Shown: in pieces, positions 30,001-40,600 of the stretch | How the letters are laid out: every line of letters starts with the position of its first letter | Position numbering within the stretch: position 1 is the first letter of the stretch | From: Tubulanus polymorphus | Lineage: Eukaryota > Animalia > Nemertea | Direction of reading: 5' to 3' | DNA: 64,000 bases | Assembly: GCF_964204645.1 (NCBI RefSeq) | Contig: NC_134036.1 | Span: 7,644,846 to 7,708,845, forward strand | Position numbers and translations under genes: made by a program | The notes under the pieces: generated by a model | What the model was told of the DNA's origin: nothing | Seen by the model: the letters and a program-made list of their open reading frames with translations, nothing else | Databases searched by the model: none

Positions 30001-30936
30001 TCCCTCCCTCCCTCCCTCCCTCCCTCCCTCCCTCCCTCCCTCCCTCCCTCCCTCCCTCCCTCCCTCCCTCCCTCCCTCCCTCCCTCCCTCCCTCCCTCCC
30101 TCCCTCCCTCCCTCCCTCCCTCCCTCCCTCCCTCCCTCCCTCCCTCCCTCCCTCCCTCCCTCCCTCCCCTCCCTCCCTCCCTCCCTCCCTCCCTCCCTCC
30201 CTCCCTCCCTCCCTCCCTCCCTCCCTCCTCCCTCCCTCCCTCCCTCCCTCCCTCCCTCCCTCCCTCCCTCCCTCCCTCCCTCCCTCCCTCCCTCCCTCCC
30301 TCCCTCCCTCCCTCCTCCCTCCCCTCCCTCCCTCCCTCCCTCCCTCCCTCCCTCCCTCCCTCCCTCCCTCCCTCCCTCCCTCCCTCCCTCCCTCCCTCCC
30401 TCCCTCCCTCCCTCCCTCCCTCCTCCCTCCCTCCCTCCCTCCCTCCCTCCCTCCCTCCCTCCTCCCTCCCTCCCTCCCTCCCTCCCTCCCTCCCTCCCTC
30501 CCTCCCTCCCTCCCTCCCTCCCTCCCTCCCTCCCTCACTGCACCGGGTCGTAACGCTGATCAAGGCCCGGTCAGCACTTAGTCGTTTTTCGAACTACCAC
30601 CGCCGGCACACTGACGAACGAACGGACGACCGACCTACTGCCACCCTCCCTCCCTTCCTGACCGGTGCCGGGTCGTAACGCTGTTCATGGCCCGGTCAGC
30701 ACTTAGTCGTTTTTCGAACAACAACCGCCGACACTGACTAACGGGCTGACGACGGACCTACTGCCTCCCTCCCTCCCTCCCTAACTGCACCGGGTCGTAA
30801 CGGTGATCAAGGCCCGGTCAGCACTTAGTCGTTTTTCGAACAACCACCGCCGGCACACTGACGAACGGACGGACGACCGACCTACTGCCTCCCTCCCTCC
30901 CTCACTGCACCGGGTCGTAACGCTGATCAAGGCCCG
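1..30936. repeat. Satellite A, left array (~250 monomers of 120-125 bp)
   Basis: Uninterrupted head-to-tail copies of gggtcgtaacgctgatcaaggcccggtcagcacttagtcgtttttcgaacaaccaccgccggcacactgacgaacggatggacgaccgacctactgcct(ccct)n-cactgcacc. Length variants come from CCCT copy number (120/124/128), a ctgaccggtgcc subtype (125) and +3 subtypes (catcactgcc, aactctgcc). The array runs off the left edge of the window. Confidence 0.99.
29786..30535. repeat. (CCCT)n/(AGGG)n expansion, ~750 bp, inside one SatA monomer
   Basis: Nearly pure CCCT tetramer between the normal monomer flanks tactg and cactgcacc, with a few 1-bp phase slips. Confidence 0.95.
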
Positions 30937-32833
30937 AAATGTGCTTTTCCCGTCGATTTGAGCGCGTTTTCGGATCGTCATTTTCATTTTTCCGATACGG
31001 GGAGAAGTTGATGAGAAAACGTCTTTTCTCGGGCTGAATGACGTTTTCGGGTCGAAAAGTGCTTTTCCTGACGATTTGAGCGCTTTTACGCATCGGCATT
31101 GTCGTTTTTCCGATAGGAGGAATATTCGATACGAAAACGTCTTTTCTCGCGCTGAACGACGTTTTCGCGTCGAAAAGTGCTTTTCCTGACGATTTGAGTC
31201 CTTTTACGCATCGGCATTGTCGTTTTTCCGATACGGAGAGAAGTTGATGAGAAAACGTCTTTTCTCGCGTTGAACGACGTTTTCGCGTCGAAAAGAGCTT
31301 TTCCTGACGATTTGAGCGCTTTTACGCATCGGCATTGTAGTTTTTCCGATACGGAGAGAAGTAGATGAGAAAACATCTTTTCTCGCGCTGAACGACGTTT
31401 TCGGACCGAAATGTGCTTTTCCCGTCGATTTCAGAGCGTTTGGGCGTCGACATTTTCATTTTTCCGATACGGGGAGAAGTTGATGAGAAAACGTCTTTTC
31501 TCGCGCTGAACGACGTTTTCGGACCGAAATGTGCTTTTCCCGTCGAATTGAGCGCGTTTTCGGATTGTCATTTTCATTTTTCCGATACGGGGAGAAGTTG
31601 ATGAGAAAACGTCTTTTCTCGCGCTGAACGACGTTTTCGCGTCGAAAAGTGCTTTTCCTGGCGATTTGAGCGCTTTTACGCATCGGCATTGTCGTTTTTT
31701 CGACATGAGGAGAAGTTGATGAGAAAACGTCTTTTCTCGCGCTGAACGACGTTTTCGGACCGAAATGTGCTTTTCCCGTCGATTTGAGCGCGTTTTCGGT
31801 TCGTCATTCTCATTTTTTCGATACGGGGAGAAGTTGATGAGAAAACGTCTTTTCTCGCGCTGAACAACGTTTTCGGACCGAAATTTGCTTTTCCCGTCGA
31901 TTTCAGAGCGTTTGGGCGTCGACATTTTCATTTTTCCGATACGGGGAGAAGTTGATGAGAAAACGTCTTTCCCGCGCTGAACGACGTTTTCGCGTCGAAA
32001 AGTGCTTTTCCTGACGATTTGAGCGCTTTTACGCATCGACATTGTCGATTTTCCGATAGGGGGAATATTCGATACGAAAACGTCTTTTCTCGTGCTGAAC
32101 GACGTTTTTGGGTCAAAAAGTGCTTTTCCTGACGATTTGAGCGCTTTTACGCATCGGCATTGTCGTTTTTCCGATATGGGGAAAAGTTGATGAGAAAACG
32201 TCTTTTCTCCCGCTGAACGACGTTTTCGGGTAGAAAAGCGCTTTTCCTGACGATTTGAGCGCTTTTACGCTTCGGCATTGTCGTTTTTCCGATAAGGGGA
32301 ATATTCGATACGAAAACGTCTTTTCTCGCGCTGAACGACGTTTTCGCGTCGAAAAGTGCTTTTCCTGAGAATTTGAGCGCTTTTACGCATCGGCATTGTC
32401 GTTTTTCCGATAGGGGGAATATTCGATACGAAAACGTCTTTTCTCGCGCTGTACGACGTTTTCGGACCGATATGTGCTTTTCCCGTCGATTTCAGAGCGT
32501 TTGGGCGTCGACATTTTCATTTTTCCGATACGGGGAGAAGTTGATGAGAAAACGTCTTTTCTCGCGCTGAACGACGTTTTCTGACCGAAATGTGCTTTTC
32601 CCGTCGATTCGAGCGCGTTTTCGGATCGTCATTTTCATTTTTCCGATACTGGGAGAAGTTGATGAGAAAACGTCTTTTCTCGCGCTGAACGACGTTTTCG
32701 GACCGAAATGTGCTTTTCCCGTCGATTTGAGTGCGTTTTCGGATCGTCATTTTCATTTGTCCGATACGGGGAGATGTTGATGAGAAAACGTCTTTTCTCG
32801 CGCTGAACGACGTTTTCGGACCGAATTGTGCTT
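30934..32833. repeat. Satellite B, ~16 monomers of 118 bp, at least three subtypes
   Basis: The gaaaacgtc landmark recurs at 31015, 31133, 31251, 31369, 31487 and 31605 (118-bp period). Subtypes are marked by ggaccgaaatgtg..gagcgcgttttcggatcgtc, gcgtcgaaaagtg..ttttacgcatcggc and ttcagagcgtttgggcgtcgac. Confidence 0.97.
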
Positions 32834-32839
32834 CGGACT

Positions 32840-34148
32840 ATCAGCAAAGCGTAGGTTGTCGACGACTCAGCCTCCAACAGATATTGGTGAACTGTGCTCG
32901 GTGAGGGCCTCTTGCATGATGTTCTCAAGAAAGATGTTGCAGACGGTTGGTGACAGTAAGCAACCTTGTCGTACACCGACGGATGTTGGAAAACAGTCAC
33001 TCAGTTCGCTTCCAAGTTGGACCATGCTCCTGGAGACCTTGTATAGAGATTCTATTGCATTGACAATGCCTCTGCTGATGTTGAACTTCCTCATTACTGC
33101 CCACAGTCCGTCATGCCACACACGATCAAAGCATTTTTTGTAGTCGACAAAACTGTGGAACACTAGCTTTCCTAGCTCTCTATACTTCTCGCATATAATT
33201 CTCAGGTTAAATAATATATGCTCCGTGGTCGACCTGCCTCTTCTAAAGACAGCTTGTTCTTCAGCCAGAACGGCTTCAGCCTGCGGTTGTAGGCGATTGA
33301 GGAGCACCTTAAGAAGGATCTTGCTCGGGTGGATTATCAGGCTTATTATAGTTCTATAATTCTCGCATCTCCTGGCACTTCCTTTCTTCTGGAGGGGACC
33401 ACTAGTGACTTACACCAGTCCTCTGGTCATTCACCTGTTGCCATAACTTGGTTGCAAATGGTTGTGTACAACTTGATCAGAGTGGGACCACCATTTCTCA
33501 GTAATTCAGCTGGGATGCTGTCGACACCAGGGGATTTTTCTGCTTTTAGGCTTTTGACTGCTGCCTCGACTTCAGCCTCCAAGATCACTGGTTCTGAATC
33601 TCCATTTTCCTCAGCTGTCTGGTTCTTGAGTTCGTCGATAACTGCAGCTTCTGCTGTTATCGGATAGTTATACAGATCAGATCAGTACTCCCGCCAGCGA
33701 CTTTGAGGTACATCTTCCCTCAAGCCACTGGCGTCCTTGACTTCTTTCTTCACCTCCTTGTTGATGCTTCTATGTGATTCTGCATCTTCAGGGGAATTGA
33801 AGCGCTTGGATTTGAGAAGTCTGCGAGTATCGCACTTGGCAAGTAGTTGTTGAGTCATCCAAGGATGTTTGACCTTCTTCCTTCTACCAATGACCTCTTC
33901 TGCTGATTCTAGTATAACAGTTCTTGCTTTCACGCTGAGTTCTTGTGCAGTCTCTTCTAGTTCAAGCAAAGGGGCAAATCTTTCACCAATAGCAATTTGG
34001 AAGGCTTCCTTTACTTCAGGCGTATGTAGCCTCTCTAAGTTGAACTTGTACGTGCCATTGTTTCTGTTCGGTATATTCTTCAGCCTCAAAGTCATTGAAG
34101 CTAAGACAAGGTCATGGTCACTCCCTATGTCGGCCCCTGCCTGGGAAG
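32840..34148 (-). mobile_element. Decayed internal fragment of a non-LTR retrotransposon (RTE-like LINE): end of APE endonuclease, linker and N-terminal RT
   Basis: Minus-strand translation gives GADIGSDHDLV (end of the APE domain, ~34135-34105), RWREY, KSPGVDSIPAELL, KKG..CENYRTIISLI.HPSKILL, EEQAVFRRGRST, FVDYKKCFDRV, GVRQGCLLSP and NLRFAD (ending at 32840). It has stops, frameshifts and an apparent internal deletion near 33735. No 5' or 3' terminus is present. Confidence 0.93.
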
Positions 34149-36175
34149 TGAATATTATGATTATAGAAATGAAAATGTTATCAATCAGTTTTGTGACTTA
34201 TTAATTGAATATGAAATGAAATTCAATGAATTATTAGATACTAATATAGAAATTATAATGACAGAACAAGATAAAGAAGAATTTGATTTTGCAGATAAAT
34301 GTAATTATTGTAATCAAGTATTCTATTCATCTGATAAAATAGTAAGAGATCTTGATCATTTGAATGGTAAATTTAGAGGTGCAGCACATGAGAATTGTAA
34401 TTTACAAGCTAAGAAAATCAATTTTGTTCTAGTTATATTTCATAATTTATCAGGATATGATGCTCATTTATTCATCAAGCAACTATGTTATAAAATAGAA
34501 GAAATCAATAATGAAATAGAAAGATTAAATTCAAATAGATCAAAAGATGTTGCTAAAATACCAACTTATAGATTTAAAATGTTAGCTAAAACATCTGAGA
34601 TTTAAATATCTTTCCAATTTGGATGTCTAAGATTTATAGATTCATATACATTATTAAGTAGTTCATTAGATGATTTATCAAAATCATTAGTTGGTGATGA
34701 ATTAAAAATATTAAAACAACAATATCCAAATAATGATGATTTTCAATTAATGAAATATAAAGGCGCGATTCCATATTCATTTTATAAATCGCATAATGAT
34801 TTTAACATAACTGAATTATTAAAAGAACAATTTTATGACGAATTAAGATCCGAATATGTTAAAGAGGGAGTTTATAATAGAACATTGAATATTTGGAATC
34901 ATTTCAAAATAAAAACTCATGGACAATTAGTAGATTTATATTTAAAATCAGATGTATTATCATTTACTGATATATTTGAAAGGTATAGAGATGTAAATCT
35001 AAAATATTTCAATATTGATCCATTTCATTCTTATTCGAGTCCATGTTTAACTTGGGATTGTGGTTTAAAATTTACAGTTATAAAAATGGATTTATTAACA
35101 AATATAGATCAATTATCATTATTTGAAAAATGTATAAGAGGAGGTATTTCAGGTGTATTAGGTGATACATATTTCAATGTAAATGATAATCCTGGATATA
35201 AGTTTCTATATATAGATGCAAATAATCTATATGGTTGGGCAATGATGGAACCACAGCCTTTTGGAGTATTTCAAATAACTGAAATTTTACAGCACGAAAA
35301 TGTTGATAAATTTGATTAGAAGAAAATAATTCTAGATATTGCAGATGATTCACTTACTGGTTACTGTTTTGTTGTAGACTTGGAATATCCTGAACATAAA
35401 AAATTTAAATCTAGAAATCTAGCTTACTGCCCCGAACATAAAACTGTAACACAAAAAGGATTATCAAATTATCAAAAAAGAATTAAACCTGAAAATCATA
35501 TTCATACAGAAAAGTTAATGGTAACTCAGGAAGGTATTATAGTTATGTAGTAGATTATAGAATTTTAAAATTCTATGTGAATTAAGGAATGATTCTAAAA
35601 AAGTATTTCATTTAGTCAATCTAAATGGTTAGAAAAATATATAGATTATAAACACCAAACAGAGAAAATATCAGAAATAGAATTGATATTGAGTTAGTAA
35701 TGGTAAAAGAATTAGGAATTTACAAACATATCCTAAATTTATTGGTAACAGAATATTTGATGAGAATTTAGCTGCAGTTAAAATGAGGAGAACTTCTATG
35801 AAATTTAATAAACCAATTTATGTTGGTGCTTCAGTTTGAGAAATATCAAAATTATTAATGTATGAATTTTACTATAACGTATTACAACCTCATTTTGGAG
35901 AAAAGCATATTATAGAAATCTTATATTTTGATACAGATTCTTACATATTATTGATAAAAACTAATAATATAACAGATGATTTACAAACATCAAAACATCA
36001 TTTCGACTTTAGTTATTACCCTAAAAATCATGAATTGTTTAACAATGATAATAAAAAAGTTCCTAGGAAGTTAAAGGATGAATTAGGTGGTGAAGAAATG
36101 ATAGAGTTCATTGGAATTCGATCTAATATATATACTTCAAGTTCAAAAGGGAAGAGGATAAAGAAAATGAAATAA
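34149..36175 (+). pseudogene. Polinton/Maverick (adintovirus-like) protein-primed family B DNA polymerase, decayed
   Basis: AT-rich. The ORF pieces carry CNYC..VRDLDHLNGKFRGAAHENCNL (EndoVII/HNH-like insert), FHNLSGYDAH (ExoII), KGAIPY, DLYLKSDV (ExoIII), IRGG, LYIDANNLYGWAM (motif A), KPIYVGASV*EISKLLMYEFYY and LYFDTDSY (motif C). There are multiple stops and frameshifts, the N-terminus is missing and motif B is absent. Confidence 0.92.
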
Positions 36176-36333
36176 TGAACAGGGTTCTATACATGTAAAT
36201 CAATTTTAGTAAAAAATATGTATAATAAATGGAACAATCACAAACTATTGATATTACAAATAGTATATTTACTATAATGAAATAATATAATAACGTGAAT
36301 TGAATATTATAATCATAATAATTATAATCATAA

Positions 36334-36623
36334 TCGGAATATTATAATGATAAAACTCAGAAAGATGGTAAGCAAAGTCATTGTAGAACTTGTGTTAAAG
36401 AAATGAATAAACAACATCGAGCAAATAATCCAGATTATCAAAAGGAATGGAGAGAAAATCACCCAGATTATAACCCAGAATACTCGTGACAATGGTGAAC
36501 AGATAATAGTTATCAAAAAGAAATCTTAATTTTGAATTGAAACAATTTTTAAGATCTAGATTATCAAAATTATTCAGTAAAGAAACGCATTCAGTTACAC
36601 TATCTAATTTGTTAGATTGTTCT
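36334..36623 (+). pseudogene. Fragment of a Polinton/large-DNA-virus-type gene, resembling the N-terminal half of HNH-like endonucleases
   Basis: Manual translation gives SEYYNDKTQKDGKQSHCRTCVKEMNKQHRANNPDYQKEWRENHPDYNPEYS*QW*, then after a frameshift NFELKQFLRSRLSKLFSKETHSVTLSNLLDCS. The KDG..CxxC and LRSRL..LLxCS patterns match my recollection of NCLDV/Polinton HNH-like proteins. The fragment is cut off before any HNH motif. Confidence 0.6.
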
Positions 36624-36821
36624 CGATACCGGATACCCGTCTACGCCGAGAATTCTACGCCCGCCAGCCAGCCAGCCAGCCACGCACGCCATCAAAAAGG
36701 AAGAAAGCGCCGCCGTCAAGACGCGCTTTCGGCCGAAGCCCCGCTCGACGCCTCTCAGAAAGAAGGCAAGCCTCGAAAATTGCAAAGTTACTGACTCTGT
36801 TAAGACTCTGTAGACCGTTCT

Positions 36822-37612
36822 CGCCTAAGCGGAGACCAGTAACGTTAACGCAGCGACCAACTCCGTTAACGTGGGGACCGTAACCCAGCACGCAGATGCG
36901 GTCCGCCTAAGCGGAGACCGGTAACGTTAACGCGGCGACCAACTCCGTTAACGCGGGGACCGTAACCCAGCACGCAGAGACTATCACCTTTTATGCGGTC
37001 CGCCTAGGCGGAGACTATAAACGTTAACGCGGCGACCAACTCCGTTAACGTGGGGACCGTAACCCAGCACGCAGATGCGGAGACCAATAACGTTAACGCA
37101 GCGACCAACTCCGTTAACGTTGGGACCGTAACCCAGCACGCAGATGCGGTCCGCCTAAGCGGAGACCGGTAACGTTAACGCGGCGACCAACTCCGTTAAC
37201 GCGGGGACCGTAACCCAGCACGCAGAGACTATCACCTTTTACCTTTTATGCGGTCCGCCTAGGCGGAGACTATAAACGTTAACGCGGCGACCAACTCCGT
37301 TAACGTGGGGACCGTAACCCAGCACGCAGATGCGGTCCGCCTAAGCGGAGACCGGTAACGTTAGCGCGGCGACCAACTCCGTTAACGCGGGGACCGTAAC
37401 TCAGCACGAAGAGACTATCACCTTTTACCTTTTATGCGGTCCGCCTAGGCGGAGACTATAAACGTTAACGCGGCGACCAACTCCGTTAACGTGGGGACCG
37501 TAACCCAGCACGCAGATGCGGTCCGCCTAAGCGGAGACCAGTAACGTTAACGCGGCGACCAACTCCGTTAACGCGGGGACCGTAACCCAGCACGCAGAGA
37601 CTATCACCTTTT
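36822..37612. repeat. Tandem subrepeat array, 9 copies, mostly alternating 82 and 97-104 bp
   Basis: The landmark aacgtta occurs at 36841, 36923, 37020, 37089, 37171, 37275, 37357, 37461 and 37543 (spacings 82, 97, 69, 82, 104, 82, 104, 82). The same unit occurs once in each 1287-bp repeat. Confidence 0.95.
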
Positions 37613-40600
37613 ATGCGGGTCCGAGCACGCAGAGCACCGCTAGATCAATTTGCGACAAGAGCCGCGATTGTTACGACTTAATCTTAGACGCCGTTCGGCA
37701 GACCAGCGAAAGAGACCTTCCACCGACGGGAACTGCCAGGCAACGCCAGCGTACACTTCGGCGAAGCCAGACGCCCCGACGGCGGATTACGCATACCGAC
37801 GAAGGCCCGAGTTGGACTCGGCCCGTCAGCACGCACCCCGCTCGATCCTTCTTCGGTCAATTTGCGACGAGAGCCGCGATTGTTACGACTTATTTCTAGA
37901 CGCCGTACCGTACGAGCGCGAACGCAAGTCCACAATATGGTCATAGCCGATACTCGATAACTCAACCTAACGCGAAAACTTGGCGTTCGGAATTCGATCC
38001 ATAGCGTTCGGGCCGACCCACAGGACAGCTTTGGTCTAGGTCGGACGGGGGTATAGGTCGGACGCGTACATTCGACGGTGCACAGCGAACGACCTTTTAG
38101 GAACACTCCTAGGGCACGAGTCATTGCATTGCACCCTCACTGCTCGGCGCGCCCATCATCGGTGCGAACTTACTCTCCCGAACGCGGACAAAAAACCTCA
38201 CTACAGAAACGCGCGGCCCCACACGCACGAAAATCGAGGATAGTGGAAGGTAATCGAACATCCCGGACGCCACCGCGGCGGCGGCGGCGACCAGCTCAGA
38301 GACGCGACCATGTAGAGTTTACGAACGACGCTCGACAACGAACGACGCCAGCACTCGTCAACAGAAAAAGCTTTGAGCGTCCGACCCCGCCGGAGCGGAG
38401 ACGAACGCGCGAGCGACCACCGTATCCGACCTATCGAGTCCGTCCGCGTCTCTCGACGAGACAACGGACGCGCGCACCACCGCCGTTTTGAAGGAGGCTC
38501 CCGGAGGTAGCTTCCCGACCTGGCGAGGCGTCTTGCAGTTAGCGTATCCTACGGGGAAGGCCGCCGCGGACCGGTCATTGACCGGCCACGATCGACTGAC
38601 GCAGTCGGAACGCGTACGCGAAACCGAACCGCCTGGGCACCTTCTCCACGTATATAGCAAAATCCACTATAACCGTTCTCGTTCGAGACCTTGATACTCG
38701 GTGCTCTACACTTCCCTTTAAGTCTGGACTCCCTCATTTTTTTCAAAAATCTACACTTCTCGATGACCGACCACGCGCACCGGCCCGCCACCCCAGCACG
38801 CAGATGCGGTCCGCCTAAGCGGAGGCCAGTAACGTTAACGCGGCGACCAACTCCGTTAACGCGGGGACCGTAACCCAGCACGCAGACACTATTACCTGTT
38901 ATGCGGGTCCGAGCACGCAGAGCACCGCTAGATCAATTTGCGACAAAGCCGCGATTGTTACGACTTAATCTTAGACGCCGTTCGACAGACCAGCGAAAGA
39001 GACCTTCCACCGACGGGAACTGCCAGGCAACGCCAGCGTACACTTCGGCGAAGCCAGACGCCCCGACGGCGGATTACGCATACCGACGAAGGCCCGAGTT
39101 GGACTCGGCCCGTCAGCACGCACCCCGCTCGATCCTTCTTCGGTCAATTTGCGACGAGAGCCGCGATTGTTACGACTTAATTCTAGACGCCGTACCGTAC
39201 GAGCGCGAACGCAAGTCCACAATATGGTCATAGCCGATACTCGATAACTCAACCTAACGCGAAATCTTGGCGTTCGGAATTCGATCCATAGCGTTCGGGC
39301 CGACCCACAGGACAGCTTTGGTCTAGGTCGGACGGGGGTATAGGTCGGACGCGTACATTCGACGGTGCACAGCGAACGACCTTTTAGGAACACTCCTAGG
39401 GCACGAGTCATTGCATTGCACCCTCACTGCTCGGCGCGCCCATCATCGGTGCGAACTTACTCTCCCGAACGCGGACAAAAAATCTCACTACAGAAACGCG
39501 CGGCCCCACACGCACGAAAATCGAGGATAGTGGAAGGTAATCGAACATCCCGGACGCCACCGCGGCGGCGGCGGCGACCAGCTCAGAGACGCGACCATGT
39601 AGAGTTTACGAACGACGCTCGACAACGAACGACGCCAGCACTCGTCAACAGAAAAAGCTTTGAGCGTCCGACCCCGCCGGAGCGGAGACGAACGCGCGAG
39701 CGACCACCGTATCCGACCTATCGAGTCCGTCCGCGTCTCTCGACGAGACAACGGACGCGCGCACCACCGCCGTTTTGAAGGAGGCTCCCGGAGGTAGCTT
39801 CGCGACCTGGCGAGGCGTCTTGCAGTTAGCGTATCCTACGGGGAAGGCCGCCGCGGACCGGTCGTTGACCGGCCACGATCGACTGACGCAGTCGGAACGC
39901 GTACGCGAAACCGAACCGCCTGGGCACCTTCTCCACGCATATAGCAAAATCCACTATAACCGTTCTCGTTCGAGACCTTGATACTCGGTGCTCTACACTT
40001 CCCTTTAAGTCTGGACTCCCTCATTTTTTTCAAAAATCTACACTTCTCGATGACCGACCACGCGCACCGGCCCGCCACCCCAGCACGCAGATGCGGTCCG
40101 CCTAAGCGGAGGCCAGTAACGTTAACGCGGCGACCAACTCCGTTAACGCGGGGACCGTAACCCAGCACGCAGACACTATCACCTGTTATGCGGGTCCGAG
40201 CACGCAGAGCACCGCTAGATCAATTTGCGACAAAGCCGCGATTGTTACGACTTAATCTTAGACGCCGTTCGGCAGACCAGCGAAAGAGACCTTCCACCGA
40301 CGGGAACTGCCAGGCAACGCCAGCGTACACTTCGGCGAAGCCAGACGCCCCGACGGCGGATTACGCATACCGACGAAGGCCCGAGTTGGACTCGGCCCGT
40401 CAGCACGCACCCCGCTCGATCCTTCTTCGGTCAATTTGCGACGAGAGCCGCGATTGTTACGACTTATTTCTAGACGCCGTACCGTACGAGCGCGAACGCA
40501 AGTCCACAATATGGTCATAGCCGATACTCGATAACTCAACCTAACGCGAAAACTTGGCGTTCGGAATTCGATCCATAGCGTTCGGGCCGACCCACAGGAC

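Noticed and set aside
1-30936. CRISPR-like appearance (constant segment plus variable segment)
   Set aside because: The variable parts are homologous point variants of one sequence, not unique spacers. There are no cas genes and the context is eukaryotic.
34114-34148. Start of ORF 34114-34605 (MVTPYVGPCLG) as a true PolB N-terminus or LINE-PolB fusion protein
   Set aside because: These codons are the antisense of the LINE's GADIGSDH region. The ORF simply reads across the junction, and both parts are pseudogenised.
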